Shown piece by piece: positions 51,701 through 64,000 of a stretch of DNA of 64,000 nucleotides. Below the pieces are notes generated by a model, which had not been told where the DNA came from, searched no databases, and saw nothing but the letters and a program-made list of their open reading frames with translations. Position numbers and translations under genes: made by a program. The first letter of the stretch is position 1, and every line of letters starts with the position of its first letter. Source of the stretch: Balanoglossus misakiensis (lineage: Eukaryota > Animalia > Hemichordata); contig CM082586.2 of NCBI GenBank assembly GCA_040954595.2, positions 1,493,124 through 1,557,123 of the forward strand. Reading direction: 5' to 3'.

Positions 51701-54700
51701 TTCAGGTGGAGCTGGAATTCGAGCTGCGCCAATCATTCCACAATTTCCGACATTTCTTCCAACAACGCTATTGGCAACTATGCCCGTTACAATTAGGCCT
51801 GGTAAGTAACTTTATTCCATCAAATCCATGCAGTAAAATATGTCTGTCTGTCTGTCTGCGTTTTTGTCGATAAAATGACTTAAATAGCCACCTGTACGTC
51901 ACATACATCTATGTTAATGAAGTACACCTTGACTACACGTATTATTCAAATTACAGCACTGCCGCTGACAGGCTACTGTGCCACCTGGGGACAGAACCAT
52001 TACAGAACTTTCGACGGTTATGTGTACCCATTCGATGGCGTCTGCACTTACACGCTGGTCCGAGACTGTTTCAGCGACACGTTTAAGATTTACATCGCCA
52101 ACGACAGGACGTGCAGCCCCCCGTTCAACGGATGCGACCGCACTGTCACCATCGACGGAGGGACCCCGTCCAGCGTACTGCAGCTGAGCCGCGTGGACGA
52201 CGAACCCACGGTGACGTTGGCCGGGATCGAGCTCACCATACCCGCCGATGTCAACGGCTATGTCGTGGAGAGCGTCGCCGGGTACATTCTGGTGCGTAGT
52301 ACAATGGGCTTCAAGCTGATCTGGAATGGCTATGAAGGTGTGTACGTGGAGATAACTGACATGGACCTCTACGACAAGACTTGCGGACTGTGTGGTCGCT
52401 ACAACGACAACCAGGATGATGACCTCACCACATCGTCAGGGCACATATTACCTTATGGACAAGAGCAAGTCTTCGGCATCTCCTGGAAGCTGCCGGACGG
52501 TCAGTATAATGCATGTGTATCTTCTTGATAATGTAATGAGACAGGTCCAAACCCACCAACCCATCCATCCATCCATCCACTATTAATTCATCTGTTTTGC
52601 CCGACAGACAGCTGCCCCGATGTACCGCACGACCCCATAGTATGTACCGACCCAGGTGCAACCAGTCACGGCGTCACTGAGGAAGAATTCATTGAAACGC
52701 GGGAATACGCTGCCAATGTTTGCAACTTACTGAACGATAATCCATTTTGCGACTGTCATTCGGTGAGTCTTTTCACTCATCTACATTTTAAATCAAATTA
52801 AACGGAGCACGCAGAGGTCGATATAAATGCAATATTTGCAAGGGTTACATTTTACTTGGTATCTGAAATGTCATATCTGAAATTTCACACTCAAATTAAG
52901 AGTGTATTGTTCAGCCTTCTTGCTGGTTTTTATTCAGCAAATGTGACGTGGTGAGAAGGTGTGTGTTTGTACATCGTGCCAGATTCTCTTAAATTAAATT
53001 CCATGCACTGAAACGCGAACAGGATCTCACGCGGTTCATTATTGACCATGGCACTAGCGTTCAAGTGTCATTAGAATTCCATGATCGGGCGGAAATACGT
53101 CTAGACGTATCATAAAAAAAGATGCGGGATGCATGTATAGGTATTAAGGATGTATGTTCAGGCCTGGATATTGCCCATCCAGTGCGGTCAGTCTTCACGC
53201 ATCACTGAATACATACTTCGTATTGTATTATTAGTTTAATAATTATCAATAATTTTTTTGAATAATTATTGTACACTAAAGCCATACAAAGTACTGAAAA
53301 GTTGAGAGCAAAGTCATACAGTGACCATTTGAGCCATACATTCGCAAGTATAAAAACGAATTACGACGCTGCCCCGAAACGCAGTCCAGGGTTGGCATTT
53401 ATTTGGTATTCATTTCCTCTTCGCTTCTTTGAAAATCGAATCTGAATAGGTGTGGCACCCACCTGGCCGGATATTATTACGTCACGCCATTGTACCTAAT
53501 CCGGCCACTATATCACTTTATTAATTTCAAAAATACCACTGTCAGTATAAAGTACCTCCGGGAAACTTTCACAATGGTCTACTGATAAGCGGATTTATGA
53601 AATATTTGACGCCTACTCTGAAAACATAGATCCGAGAGTTTCTCCTACTTGAACAATTCCCACGTCATCATTTCAAGGCCAATATTTCTTGACGCGGGTT
53701 TTGTATTTCTGTAGATGTAAATAATATTTTTGTCTATTTGCACTGTTTCATTGAGTATAGTAACATAAGTAGTCCACCTAAAGAAAGTAAATGAACCATA
53801 CATGTGGACAGATAGCGACATGAGAATCTTTAAATGACTAAAGTCGTTCGAATGGTCATTTTTTCAGGCCGTGGACCCAACTCCGTACATCCGGGCATGT
53901 CAACAAGATGTCTGTGCCTGTGACGTCGGCAAAGACGATTGCATGTGCGGCACCTTTACAGCGTACGCCAATGAGTGTGCCAAGCGAGGCGTTGTACTGG
54001 ACTGGCGTCTGCCCAACTTGTGTCGTAAGTGGGAAGCTTTCTTCCGTCTTCACAGCGCGTTATAACATCTTACCCGATTCAATTTTTATCAAATGTTTTA
54101 ACCCTAAGCCACCTCCGTTGAGTTGGTAAAGCTAGCTTCATTTGTAAACCTAGCAACGGCTTATTTACGTCGCATTTCCTGGACGCATGTCATGGTAGAC
54201 CAGTATGCACTATAATATTAAATTATACATGTTTTTTGTTCATTGGGGCAAATTTTAAAGTTTATACGATCGAGTACGTAGATAGAGTAATTGGGCGGAA
54301 TAGAGAGGAATGGTGTTTTACATTAAGGGAAAGTAGAAGATTGGCTGCAGCTGGTTGATTTTGCGCCATTTTCCCTCCACACAGCTGTAAACTGTACCAA
54401 TGGAATGGTGTATGACAATTGTGGCAGCACCTGCCCGCAGACGTGTAGGACGAGCCTGTACAACTGCGACAACAGCCACTGTCTGGAAGGTTGCCATTGT
54501 CCAGAGGGAATGTACCTACATGGCGACGAGTGCTTGCCCAGATCACAGTGTCCCTGCAATCATCATGGTTACGAGTATCCGACTGGATCCGTCATAACAC
54601 ACGATTGCAACCAGTGGTACGTCATTGACACTTTTACACGACTCCGTATTGTTAATTCTCTTGAATTCAGGATATAACAATGCGTGGTTTGTTCATAAGA

Positions 54701-55840
54701 AATAACGATAAATTAAGTCTAAAATATTTGCACGAAGACAAGGAAATTAAATTCATGTCAAAATTTGCTGAATGACAAGTATTAATTGTTTATCATGTGT
54801 ACAGCTGTGTTCTTGCTAAAAATTCACGCGTTGCCCGGTAATTGTGATGTACTTTTACTGACTCACTGACTTTTCGACCACCTCACATGTTTTTTAGATT
54901 ATCGCCCTCACCAAAAGGAATGCACTACTTGAGACTTGTCAGCAATAATAATGATTTACGCGTTACGTGCAAATTCCGAAACAATGATCTCATCAATCGA
55001 AATTGTTTTTCCATTTCCCGGTGAAGAATTTAATGTTCCGGGCCAAAAATCTTAAAACTGACGATTTTTTTAAAACCAGTAACTGAAATTATGATGTGAT
55101 TGCAAGTGAGTCACCAATAATTGATAGATGTTGACATACATACAAACAAAACATCAAATAATTGTCCTGGTACACTGCAGATGATAAGTTAGGAACCCGT
55201 TGAGGTTGATTTTGTCTTGTTAAACACAAAATGTAAAATGGTTCTATTTTATTTTGCAGTGAGTGCGTCGATGGTCGCTGGGACAGGTGCACCAATAATA
55301 TTTGTGACGGTAATTGATATTTTACGATATTGGCAAAATAATGGTTAATTTCTTCATATTATTACTACTATTTACGCATTTGTTAAGCTATAAAACGTGT
55401 TGGATCGGTAGCTAAAAATTAGGGCACTTCAGGTTATCGGATCCACACAATTAGACTTAATTTTCTTTTGCCTGATCGTCACGTCTTCTTGTCAGGAACC
55501 TGCACGCTCTCCGGTGTCCAACACTACCGGACCTTCGATGGTCGCCCGTACGACTTCGTCGGCGAGTGCGTGTACTCACTGGTCAAAGACTGCTTCGCCG
55601 CAGACGTGAGCACATACCACGTGCTCATCGAGACCACGGGCTGCGTGGAGAACGGCCACGACCACGGTTGTACCAAGTCGATCATCATCGAATACGGCAC
55701 CGACGTGGTCCGGCTGAAAGAGCACCAGGTGTCCCTCAACGGTAACGATATCACCCACTTCCCGCTTGACACCAACAGCGGTATCTACATCGAGAAGGTG
55801 TCGTCCATATATACCCAGGTAAATAGTGTATTTCGTTGTA

Positions 55841-55898
<58 letters not shown>

Positions 55899-58800
55899 GC
55901 CTGCCTGCCTGCCTGCCTACCTGCTCTCTGTCCACGGATAACACGCGGCGTTTACACAAGGATTCCACACCTGGAATACATATGAATTCAAAATCGTGAC
56001 AAGCAGATAGCGGCAGAATACGGGCCAGAATTCGTTTTAGATTGACGACATGTAAATTCACATAATGCCTGTTCAGATCGGAAGTCAACAACCGCTCCCA
56101 CAATTAAATTGCGATGATATTTACCCAGAGCCCGTACGAGTAAGCGTTGCCCGAAGTATCACAGATTGGTCAGGAATTCTTTGGTATTGTATCACGAGAC
56201 AAGACCAGATGTTGTGTTCTGCTGATTTGCATAAATGCCCCCCGGAAAAGGACAGGGACAAATACACAGATTCAGGCTAGGTATCCCTTCCCTGATTGGA
56301 ATACAGCGATCCAATGAACCCCGTGTTTTTAAACTTAATTTGTCGCATTCTAGGTGATTTTGGAAAACGGAGTCGCTGTGTATTGGGATAACTTCATGAG
56401 GGCGCACATCAAAGTGACCACGTCACATTTTAACCGCACTTGTGGATTGTGTGGTACTTTCAACAACAACCAACAGGACGATTTCTACACCACAGCAGGT
56501 AAATTGTTTCACGTCATTCGGTGGCGCATTGGCCATTAAACATATAATTTATACATTTCACCAATTCTAGATTCACGAAACTTATCAGTAAGTCGTAACT
56601 GACTGAGATCAAATATGACTTCTCTTACAGGCGACATCGAAATTCTGCCCGAATCCTTCGCAAACAAGTACAAAGTGGACATGTTGTGCGATGACGTACC
56701 TCCTGAGGACACCTTGACCTTGCATCCATGTGACCTTTACTCCCAGAGAGAGCCCGTGGCCGAAGAGCATTGTGGTCGACTGAAAGCGGATCCCATATTT
56801 ACAGGTACGGATTTTATACGTTCGATTCTCCACACACTGGCCTCATAGTTATGTTGTTAGAAAAGAATATACCCACGTACACATCATTTGGCAAATATAA
56901 TAAAGTTTCGTAATTTACTTCAGCAGATGCCTACATCATTGTGCGATTTATGGAAATATACATTTTTATCCGGCAATAATTTTCCTTTTCCGCAATGATG
57001 TGGTGTACAAAAAAATTACATGTAACTGTACAGCAACATGTTGGGTGAAGTGTCGGTATTGGTCAATTTGAGCCTTTCACAATGTCTTCTAATGACCATG
57101 TGTTGGCGCACTTTTAGGTAGATCTCAACTTTCCGTGGTATTGTGGCTGAATTTGCAAGGGAGAGGGGGGGGGCGTAGAGTTTGAACATAGGCTAATATC
57201 CATCACAATGGGACTTATCCTTACAGCGTGTCACTCTGTGGTCAACCCGGAACTTTACTACGAGAACTGTCGCCGAGATGTGTGCGCATGTCAAGTCGGC
57301 GATTGCCACTGCCAAAGCCTGGCCGACTACGCCTACATTTGCGCCAATGGGGGCGCTGTGCTCAACTGGCGAGAATCAACTTCTGCTTGTGGTAAGTTCA
57401 ATTCCAAGCTTAAATTCAGTTCTTCAGTAAAGTTTGTATGTTGACCTAAACAATACAAGTACATGTAGTAAAATAAGTATTGCTGCTTCACTCTGTGATT
57501 TCACACAAAATGTTTAATTTTATCGACACAGAAAAATGATTATAAATAAGTAAATAAATATATAAAACTAAGTAAGCTTCCAGAAACCGGATCATTTGCT
57601 GCGTTTCGATTTTGTTTCGGTCCATATTGTCACAGTTACTAGAATGTGCGCATATATTTGAATCTGTACAGTTGCCAAGTCCTTGTACCTTTAACTAGAA
57701 TTTTTTTCACCAATGGACTTTTGACAGTCCTAAAAAGTTAATTTTGAACCTTTATTTGTTATCATTATCAGTGTTTGTGTGATTTGCCATCGATTTAGTG
57801 CCTACTTCGGTCTTTTAAACCAACTCGTCAATCTAATTAATTTGACAAATGAAAAGTTTGGAATGGGAGCCACCAGTCACGATATTCCCCGGCCTCATAA
57901 ATCAGGACCCTTTTATCGATTTCAGCCGTCACATGCCAATATGGCCTGGTGTACAACGAATGCGAATCGGTGTGCAACACGTCTTGTCACTCGCCAGCAC
58001 CCTGCGACAGCGAGTGCGTGCCCGGATGCACGTGCCCAGATGGCATGGTGAAGACTCGCCAAGGCAATTGCGTTGTCCCTGGCAACTGCCCGTGCGAGCA
58101 CAATGGCGCGGAATACCAGCCCGGTGACATCATCAACAGGGGGTGTGGATATTGGTGAGTGCAGTGCACGAATTTGATCCTTGACAAGATGTCTGCTTTT
58201 AAATACATACTTGATTAATAAGCCTAGAAAGGTGTACGTCTATATATATGCCTACGGAATTCAGTTGTAAGGATATGCTTATTTGTGACCGACTGTTAAA
58301 GCTACGCATTGTCATTGCAGCGAATGTGGCGGAGGGGAATGGGACTGCGTCGGCGTCGACTGTCCCGACAACGAGTGTCCGGTCAACCAGGTGTACACGA
58401 ACTGCACTACCACGTGCCCGGTCACGTGTGCGAACATGCACCAGCACCAGGGCTGCAGTCCGGCCACTTGCGAGTCCGGCTGCCAGTGCAACAACCAGAC
58501 AGTTTGGAACGGATATGAGTGTGTGCCCCCGAGCAACTGCCCGTGTCACCATGGAGGGCGCAGTTATCAACACGGACAAACGATACAGGTTGACTGCAAT
58601 AAATGGTAAGTTTCACAATTTATTTTCAAGAACAGGACCCGAAAAAAAAATCCTCCTGGGCTATGGTAGATATTGTGAGGTATATACCTGTCATGGACAT
58701 GTCCGCGACTTCTGTGTGAAAGCAAACATGTTCAATAATGTACATGTATAAATAGAAAGATTGTTATAGAAATACAGACCCTCTCCAATGCCAGCGTTTA

Positions 58801-60339
58801 TTTTCTTGTTTGTTAACTACAGTCGGTGTGACGGAACTCAGTGGATTTGCGATACGCAAGAATGTCCAGGTAATTATGATTCTGCTGACGAGTTAAAACC
58901 CGACTCTAGTTGAGTCACGCGACCTGCGACCTATGTTAACTTCAACTTCGTGCCGGAATCATTTTATTTGTATATCGCCGTTAATTGATAACGGATAAAT
59001 GAGATTTTACGATCACCGTTTCGCTCGCATTCTTGTTTCGTAGGCACGTGCGCGGCTTGGGGTGATCCGCATTACAACACATTCGATGGCAAGGTGTTCG
59101 AGTTCCAAGGAGCGTGCAGCTACGTGTTATCCCGGAGCACAACCAGCAATCCTGTTTACTTCGACATCGTCGTGGGAAACGTGCCATGCGGAACAAGTGG
59201 CGTCACATGTACCAAAGACATAACGGTTAATATCGGTAAGATGAATACAATTTGTCCACGTGCACGAAAATACATCTGTCATGTGAAATTATGATAGTAC
59301 CAATAGTAGCAACCGTACAAGTCGATCTCATATAACATGTATCTTAATTTTCTCTCTTTTTTACATGAAATATTAGGCACAGGCTCCTCTAGACACCAAC
59401 TTCGCCTTGTAAAAGGCGCGCCACCGGAAGTGACGTACGGAGATGGGCCTGGTTTTGCTCTGAGCGAAGTTGGGCTGTTCCTGTTCGTTCACACATCCAT
59501 TGGTTTGACGATGCTGTGGGATCATGGAACGAGGGTGTACGTCAAGCTGACGCCCGACCACAAGGGACTGGTAGGTCGCTGTTTACACATGCGCCAGGTT
59601 GTCGTTCTGTGAAGGACCAAAGGTGGTAAAAACTGGCAGGAGAGTCTATTGTCCGCCATGTTGTCACGTGGATCAATTATTACAAACACTGAAATGGTCT
59701 GTGTGATTCTAACTTCTCGTGGTATTTTCTCTAGGTTGAAGGCCTGTGCGGCAACTTTAACGACGATCAAAACGACGACTTCGTAACCCCTTCTGGAGGT
59801 TTCCCGCTGACCCTTCCAGAAGAATTTGGCAACAGTTGGAAAGTAAGTTAGGATCCAAGCTTCATCTTCCGACACGTTATAACTTTAGGCAAAACACTTC
59901 GTCAGTTTAATACTAACACTTTTGGTTCCCTTGTCAATTATCTTCCTTTCTCCCCATATCTCTCCATGCAAATAAATCAATCATTAGGTTGTGGATTACT
60001 GTCCGGACGTTCCAGTCATCCCAAGCACATGCGCACTCCACCCGGAGAGGGTCAACTGGGCGAAAAAGAGCTGCAGTGTCATCAAATCTGAACTTTTCAG
60101 ACCCTGTCACAGCGAAGTCCCGTATCAAAGTTTCTACGCTAAATGTGAATACGACGCATGTGGCTGTGATTCTGGTGGAGACTGCGAGTGTTTGTGTACG
60201 GCTATTGCCACCTACGCCCACGAATGTAGCATGAAAGGTGTTCATATCAAGTGGAGAAGCCAGCAATTGTGTCGTAAGTAAACCTCTGCTTTCGTAAATA
60301 CAAGTCTGTCTGTCTGTCTGTCTGTCCGTCCGTCCGTCC

Positions 60340-60377
<38 letters not shown>

Positions 60378-63300
60378 AACATAAATACTGTCTACATTTC
60401 ATATTTCAGCCATTCAGTGCGAGGGATGTTTAACATACAGTCCGTGTATCTCCGTGTGCAACCAGACATGTGCCAATTATTACAGACGGGGAGATGACAA
60501 CGAGTGCTATGACGTTTGCGTGGAAGGTTGTGAATGCCCGTATGGCGAGCTCTGGGATGGTACTGAATGCGTGACCGAGTGTCCCACGTTGCCACCAACT
60601 ACAGTTGTTCCAACGCAGCCAACCACACCACAGACCACGACTATGGAACCAATCACGACGCCCAATCCGGAATGCGATTGTCTTTGCGAATGGACTGAGT
60701 GGATGGATGATGAATTCGGCGAAAAGGTAGACGCAGATGGACCAGGGGAATTTGAACTTACGCACGACCTTAGGAACCATTACAATTTCTGTGCGACCCC
60801 CGTAGAAATCCAGTGCGCGTTGACTGTAGAACCGCACCTTCCATATGACAGAACTGGCCAAGACTTGACGTGTGAGGTAAACCATGGACTGCAGTGTTTT
60901 CACGACGACCAAATGCCACCGTTATGTTACAATTACGGTGTCCGTTTTCTGTGCTGTGAAGAGGGCTGTGACTGTACAATGGAGCCACCAACGCCAGAAA
61001 TCCCTACGACAGATGCAACAACAACGGATGTTGTCCCATCGCATACCTTCAGCACTGATTCTACAACAGTGACTACTACAGTGACAGGCACCACGACACC
61101 ATCGTGTCCATGCTGTGAATGGTCAGAATGGATGGATGACGATAAAACGAAAGAAAACATCACAAATGCAGACGGAGAGTTTGAGCTTCAAGTTGACTTG
61201 AGGAGGTACTATGATTTCTGTGAATCTCCCGAGGACATTCAGTGTCGATTGGCAACAGATCCACATCTTCCATATGATCAAACTGGACAGGATGTTTCCT
61301 GCAAGGTGAATCCAGGATTCGAGTGTTTGCATGATGACCAAAGACCACCCGTATGTTATGACTATGAAGTACGTTTCCTTTGCTGTCCGACACCGTGTAT
61401 CTGCGAGACTACACCCATGCCAACAACAATTGTGTCAACGACCAGTAAAACTACAACGGCGGAGGTTCCAACAACATCCCCGCCAACCACCACCACCAAA
61501 ACAACAACAACGCCACCTACGACTGCACAGAGCACCACAAGAATTCCGACCACACAGTCGACAACCACCACTGTGCCTACCACGACCCCGGAAGAAACGA
61601 CCACCACTGCTACAACATCCAGCACGACAACTGCTACACCGCCAACCACAACCATCTCCACGACAACCTTTGCAACTACGAGTAAGACCACAGCTTCCAC
61701 AACAGAGTTTTCAACAACAGCCCCAGAGCCACCCACAACTACACAGAGTACAACTAGTATGCCATCTACAGTGTCAACAACTGCCACGATACCCACCACA
61801 ACAACGGAGGGAACGACCTCTAGCAGTACAACAACAGAGACTGTTGCTACAACAGTCCCATCACCAACAACAATCATTTCCACAACAGAAGGAACAACAA
61901 CAACAATAAAAACAACACAACCCACAACGACTTCGACCACCGAGGTTACAACACCAACCAAGACGACTCCCCTAACCACAACAGTTGGCTCAACTCCTCC
62001 TTGCAGCTGTTGTGAATGGACCGAGTGGATGGATGACGATTTGGATAAAGAAGACATAACAAACGAAAATGGGGAATTCGAACTGACGGTCGAGCTTAGG
62101 AATCTCTACAATTTCTGTGACACACCAGTATCTATTCAGTGCGCACTTGCAGTAGAGCCCCACATTCCATATGACCAGACTGGACAGGATCTAACCTGTG
62201 AAGTACAACATGGCTTACAGTGTTTCCACTCATACCAAACGCCACCGTTATGCTACAACTACGCTGTTCGTTTCTTGTGCTGTGCACCTGATTGCGGTTG
62301 TACAGAACCACCGAGGGAAACCACAACGGCAGTGACGACAGAGCCACCTGAACCAAACCCAACCACAATCAGCTCAGTTACTGCAATTTCAACAGTGACA
62401 GGCACCACGACACCATCTTGCCCATGCTGTGAATGGTCAGAATGGATGGATGACGATAAAACGAAAGAAAACATTACAAATGCAGACGGAGAGTTTGAGC
62501 TTCAAGTCGACTTGAGGAGGTACTATGATTTCTGTGAATCTCCCGAGGACATTCAGTGTCGACTGGCAACAGATCCACATCTTCCATATGATCAAACTGG
62601 ACAGGATGTTTCCTGCAAGGTGAACCCAGGACTCGAGTGTTTCCACGATGACCAAAGACCACCCGTATGTTATGACTATGAAGTACGTTTCCTTTGCTGT
62701 CCGACACCATGTGTCTGTGAGCCAACAACCACAACACAATTGCCAACAACAACGCAAACAACAACAACACCAACAACAACAACAAGAACAACTATATCGC
62801 CAACGACCACAACCTCAACAACGGCTAGTGAGACGACCTCATTACCAACTACAAGGTCTACTACAGTGCACACTACTTCAACTTCTGAACCAACCACAAC
62901 ATCGCAAACAACGCCATTGCCAACAACAACTGTCCAGTCTACGACCAGCGGTCCAAGCACCACCACTATTCCAAGTACCACATCAACAACTACGGCTCCA
63001 CCAACAACCACAACCCCCACAACGCCATCACAGCCAACGACAACTGTGACAACGACAACATCACCGTCGACAACCGCATCAATTCCAACTACCACAACAT
63101 CATCACCGACAACATCATCACCACCAACAACCACAACAACACAACTTCCAACAACCGAGACAACAACATCGCCTGCGACCACAACATCATCGACAACAAC
63201 CAGTGAGACGACCCCAATAACAACCACACGACAAACTACCATACACACTACTACAACATCTGCACCACCTCCAACAACATCAACATCGCAAACAACGTCA

Positions 63301-63967
63301 TTGCCAACAACAACTGTCCAGTCTACGACCAGCAGTCCAACCACAACCACTATTCCAAGTACCACATCAACAACTACGGCGCCACCAACAACCACAACGC
63401 CCCCAACCACATCACTGCCAACGACGACTGAAACAACCACATCTCCAACAACCCCATCAATACCAACTACCACAACATCATCACCAACAACAACATCTTC
63501 AACAACAACATCATCACCAACAACTACAACACAATTGCCAACAACCACATCAACTACAACACAATTGCCGACAACCACAACATCAACAACAACATTGTCA
63601 ACAACCACAGCATCCTCGACAACAACTAGAGAGACGACCTCAGTACCAACTACAAGGGAAACGACACTACACACTACTTCGACACCCTCACCACCAACAA
63701 CGTCATTGCCAACAACTACTGTTAAACCTACGACCAGCAGTCCAACCACCAGTATTCCAAGTACAACATCAACTACAGCAATGCCACCAACAACTACAAC
63801 AGAAGGCACAACAAAACTAACAACAACAGAAGCAACAACAACGCCATCAACCACGGATAAAACCACCAGAAGTACAACACCACCATTTACAACACACCCA
63901 ACCACAATGACGTCATCAACAACGATTCCTACAACAATGCTCACTCCACCACCTTCACCGGATTTGT
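48728..63967 (+). CDS. Gel-forming mucin (MUC2/MUC5-like): signal peptide, VWD-C8-TIL x3, CysD x4, PTS domains; 3' end beyond the window
   Basis: Signal exon 48728-48831 (MLLRVGSAFLQTGVFIFFTLFVISHSDS). VWD1 CATWGQNHYRTFDG..TCGLCG (51957-52499); VWD2 HYRTFDG..TCGLCG (from 55496); VWD3 WGDPHYNTFDG..EGLCGNFN (from 59044); C8 CDSGGDCECLCTAIATYA. A large exon 60410-63967 holds WxxW CysD domains and Thr/Pro/Ser tracts and ends at donor GTAAGT (63968). Confidence 0.93.
55842..55924. repeat. Compound (TCTG)n(CCTG)n microsatellite
   Basis: Read directly in a mucin intron. Confidence 0.95.
60305..60372. repeat. Compound (TCTG)n(TCCG)n microsatellite
   Basis: Read directly in a mucin intron. Confidence 0.95.
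60685..62721 (+). repeat. Four CysD (WxxW) domains in A-B-A-B order
   Basis: CEW(T/S)EWMDD...Y.Y.VRFLCC at about 60685, 61114, 62011 and 62428. Segment 61078-61407 is nearly identical to 62392-62721. Confidence 0.95.
62722..63960 (+). repeat. PTS (Thr/Ser/Pro) tandem region with a ~390-nt higher-order unit, about 3 copies
   Basis: The block T.LPTTTV..TTS.P.T..IPSTTSTTA/TTAPP recurs at about 62900, 63285 and 63695. Confidence 0.85.
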
Positions 63968-64000
63968 GTAAGTATGCTAAGACCTAAAAAAGTTTATCAC

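Noticed and set aside
61362-63944. Long Val-rich minus-strand ORFs (231 and 422 aa)
   Set aside because: Antisense shadow of ACN-rich Thr codons in the mucin PTS exon.
63968-63987. Stop codon ending the 1177-aa ORF
   Set aside because: Lies just after a consensus GTAAGT donor at 63968; the mucin most likely continues beyond the window.

Overview
Intron-rich, gene-dense animal genomic DNA (GT-AG introns). The gene set and composition suggest a marine invertebrate, possibly a non-vertebrate deuterostome; this is inference only. Hand-spliced gene order: RNF19-type RBR E3 ligase (-); type II transmembrane trypsin-like serine protease (-); two paralogous 3-exon genes for 77-79 aa secreted Cys-free peptides that the ORF track misses (-); GDAP1-like GST without a membrane anchor (+); three intact TTC38 paralogues (-,+,-); fused pseudouridine-5'-phosphate glycosidase/pseudouridine kinase (+); a 15-finger C2H2 protein (+); and the 5' part of a gel-forming mucin (VWD x3, CysD x4, PTS) that runs off the window (+). 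Best novelty candidates: the secreted peptide pair, a U12-type intron in the pseudouridine gene, a P-element-like footprint, a MADS/NRF1-like module on the zinc-finger protein, and exact intron loss and a GC donor among the TTC38 copies. No tRNA, rRNA, CRISPR array or intact transposase was recognised. All exon coordinates were derived by eye and need RNA confirmation.
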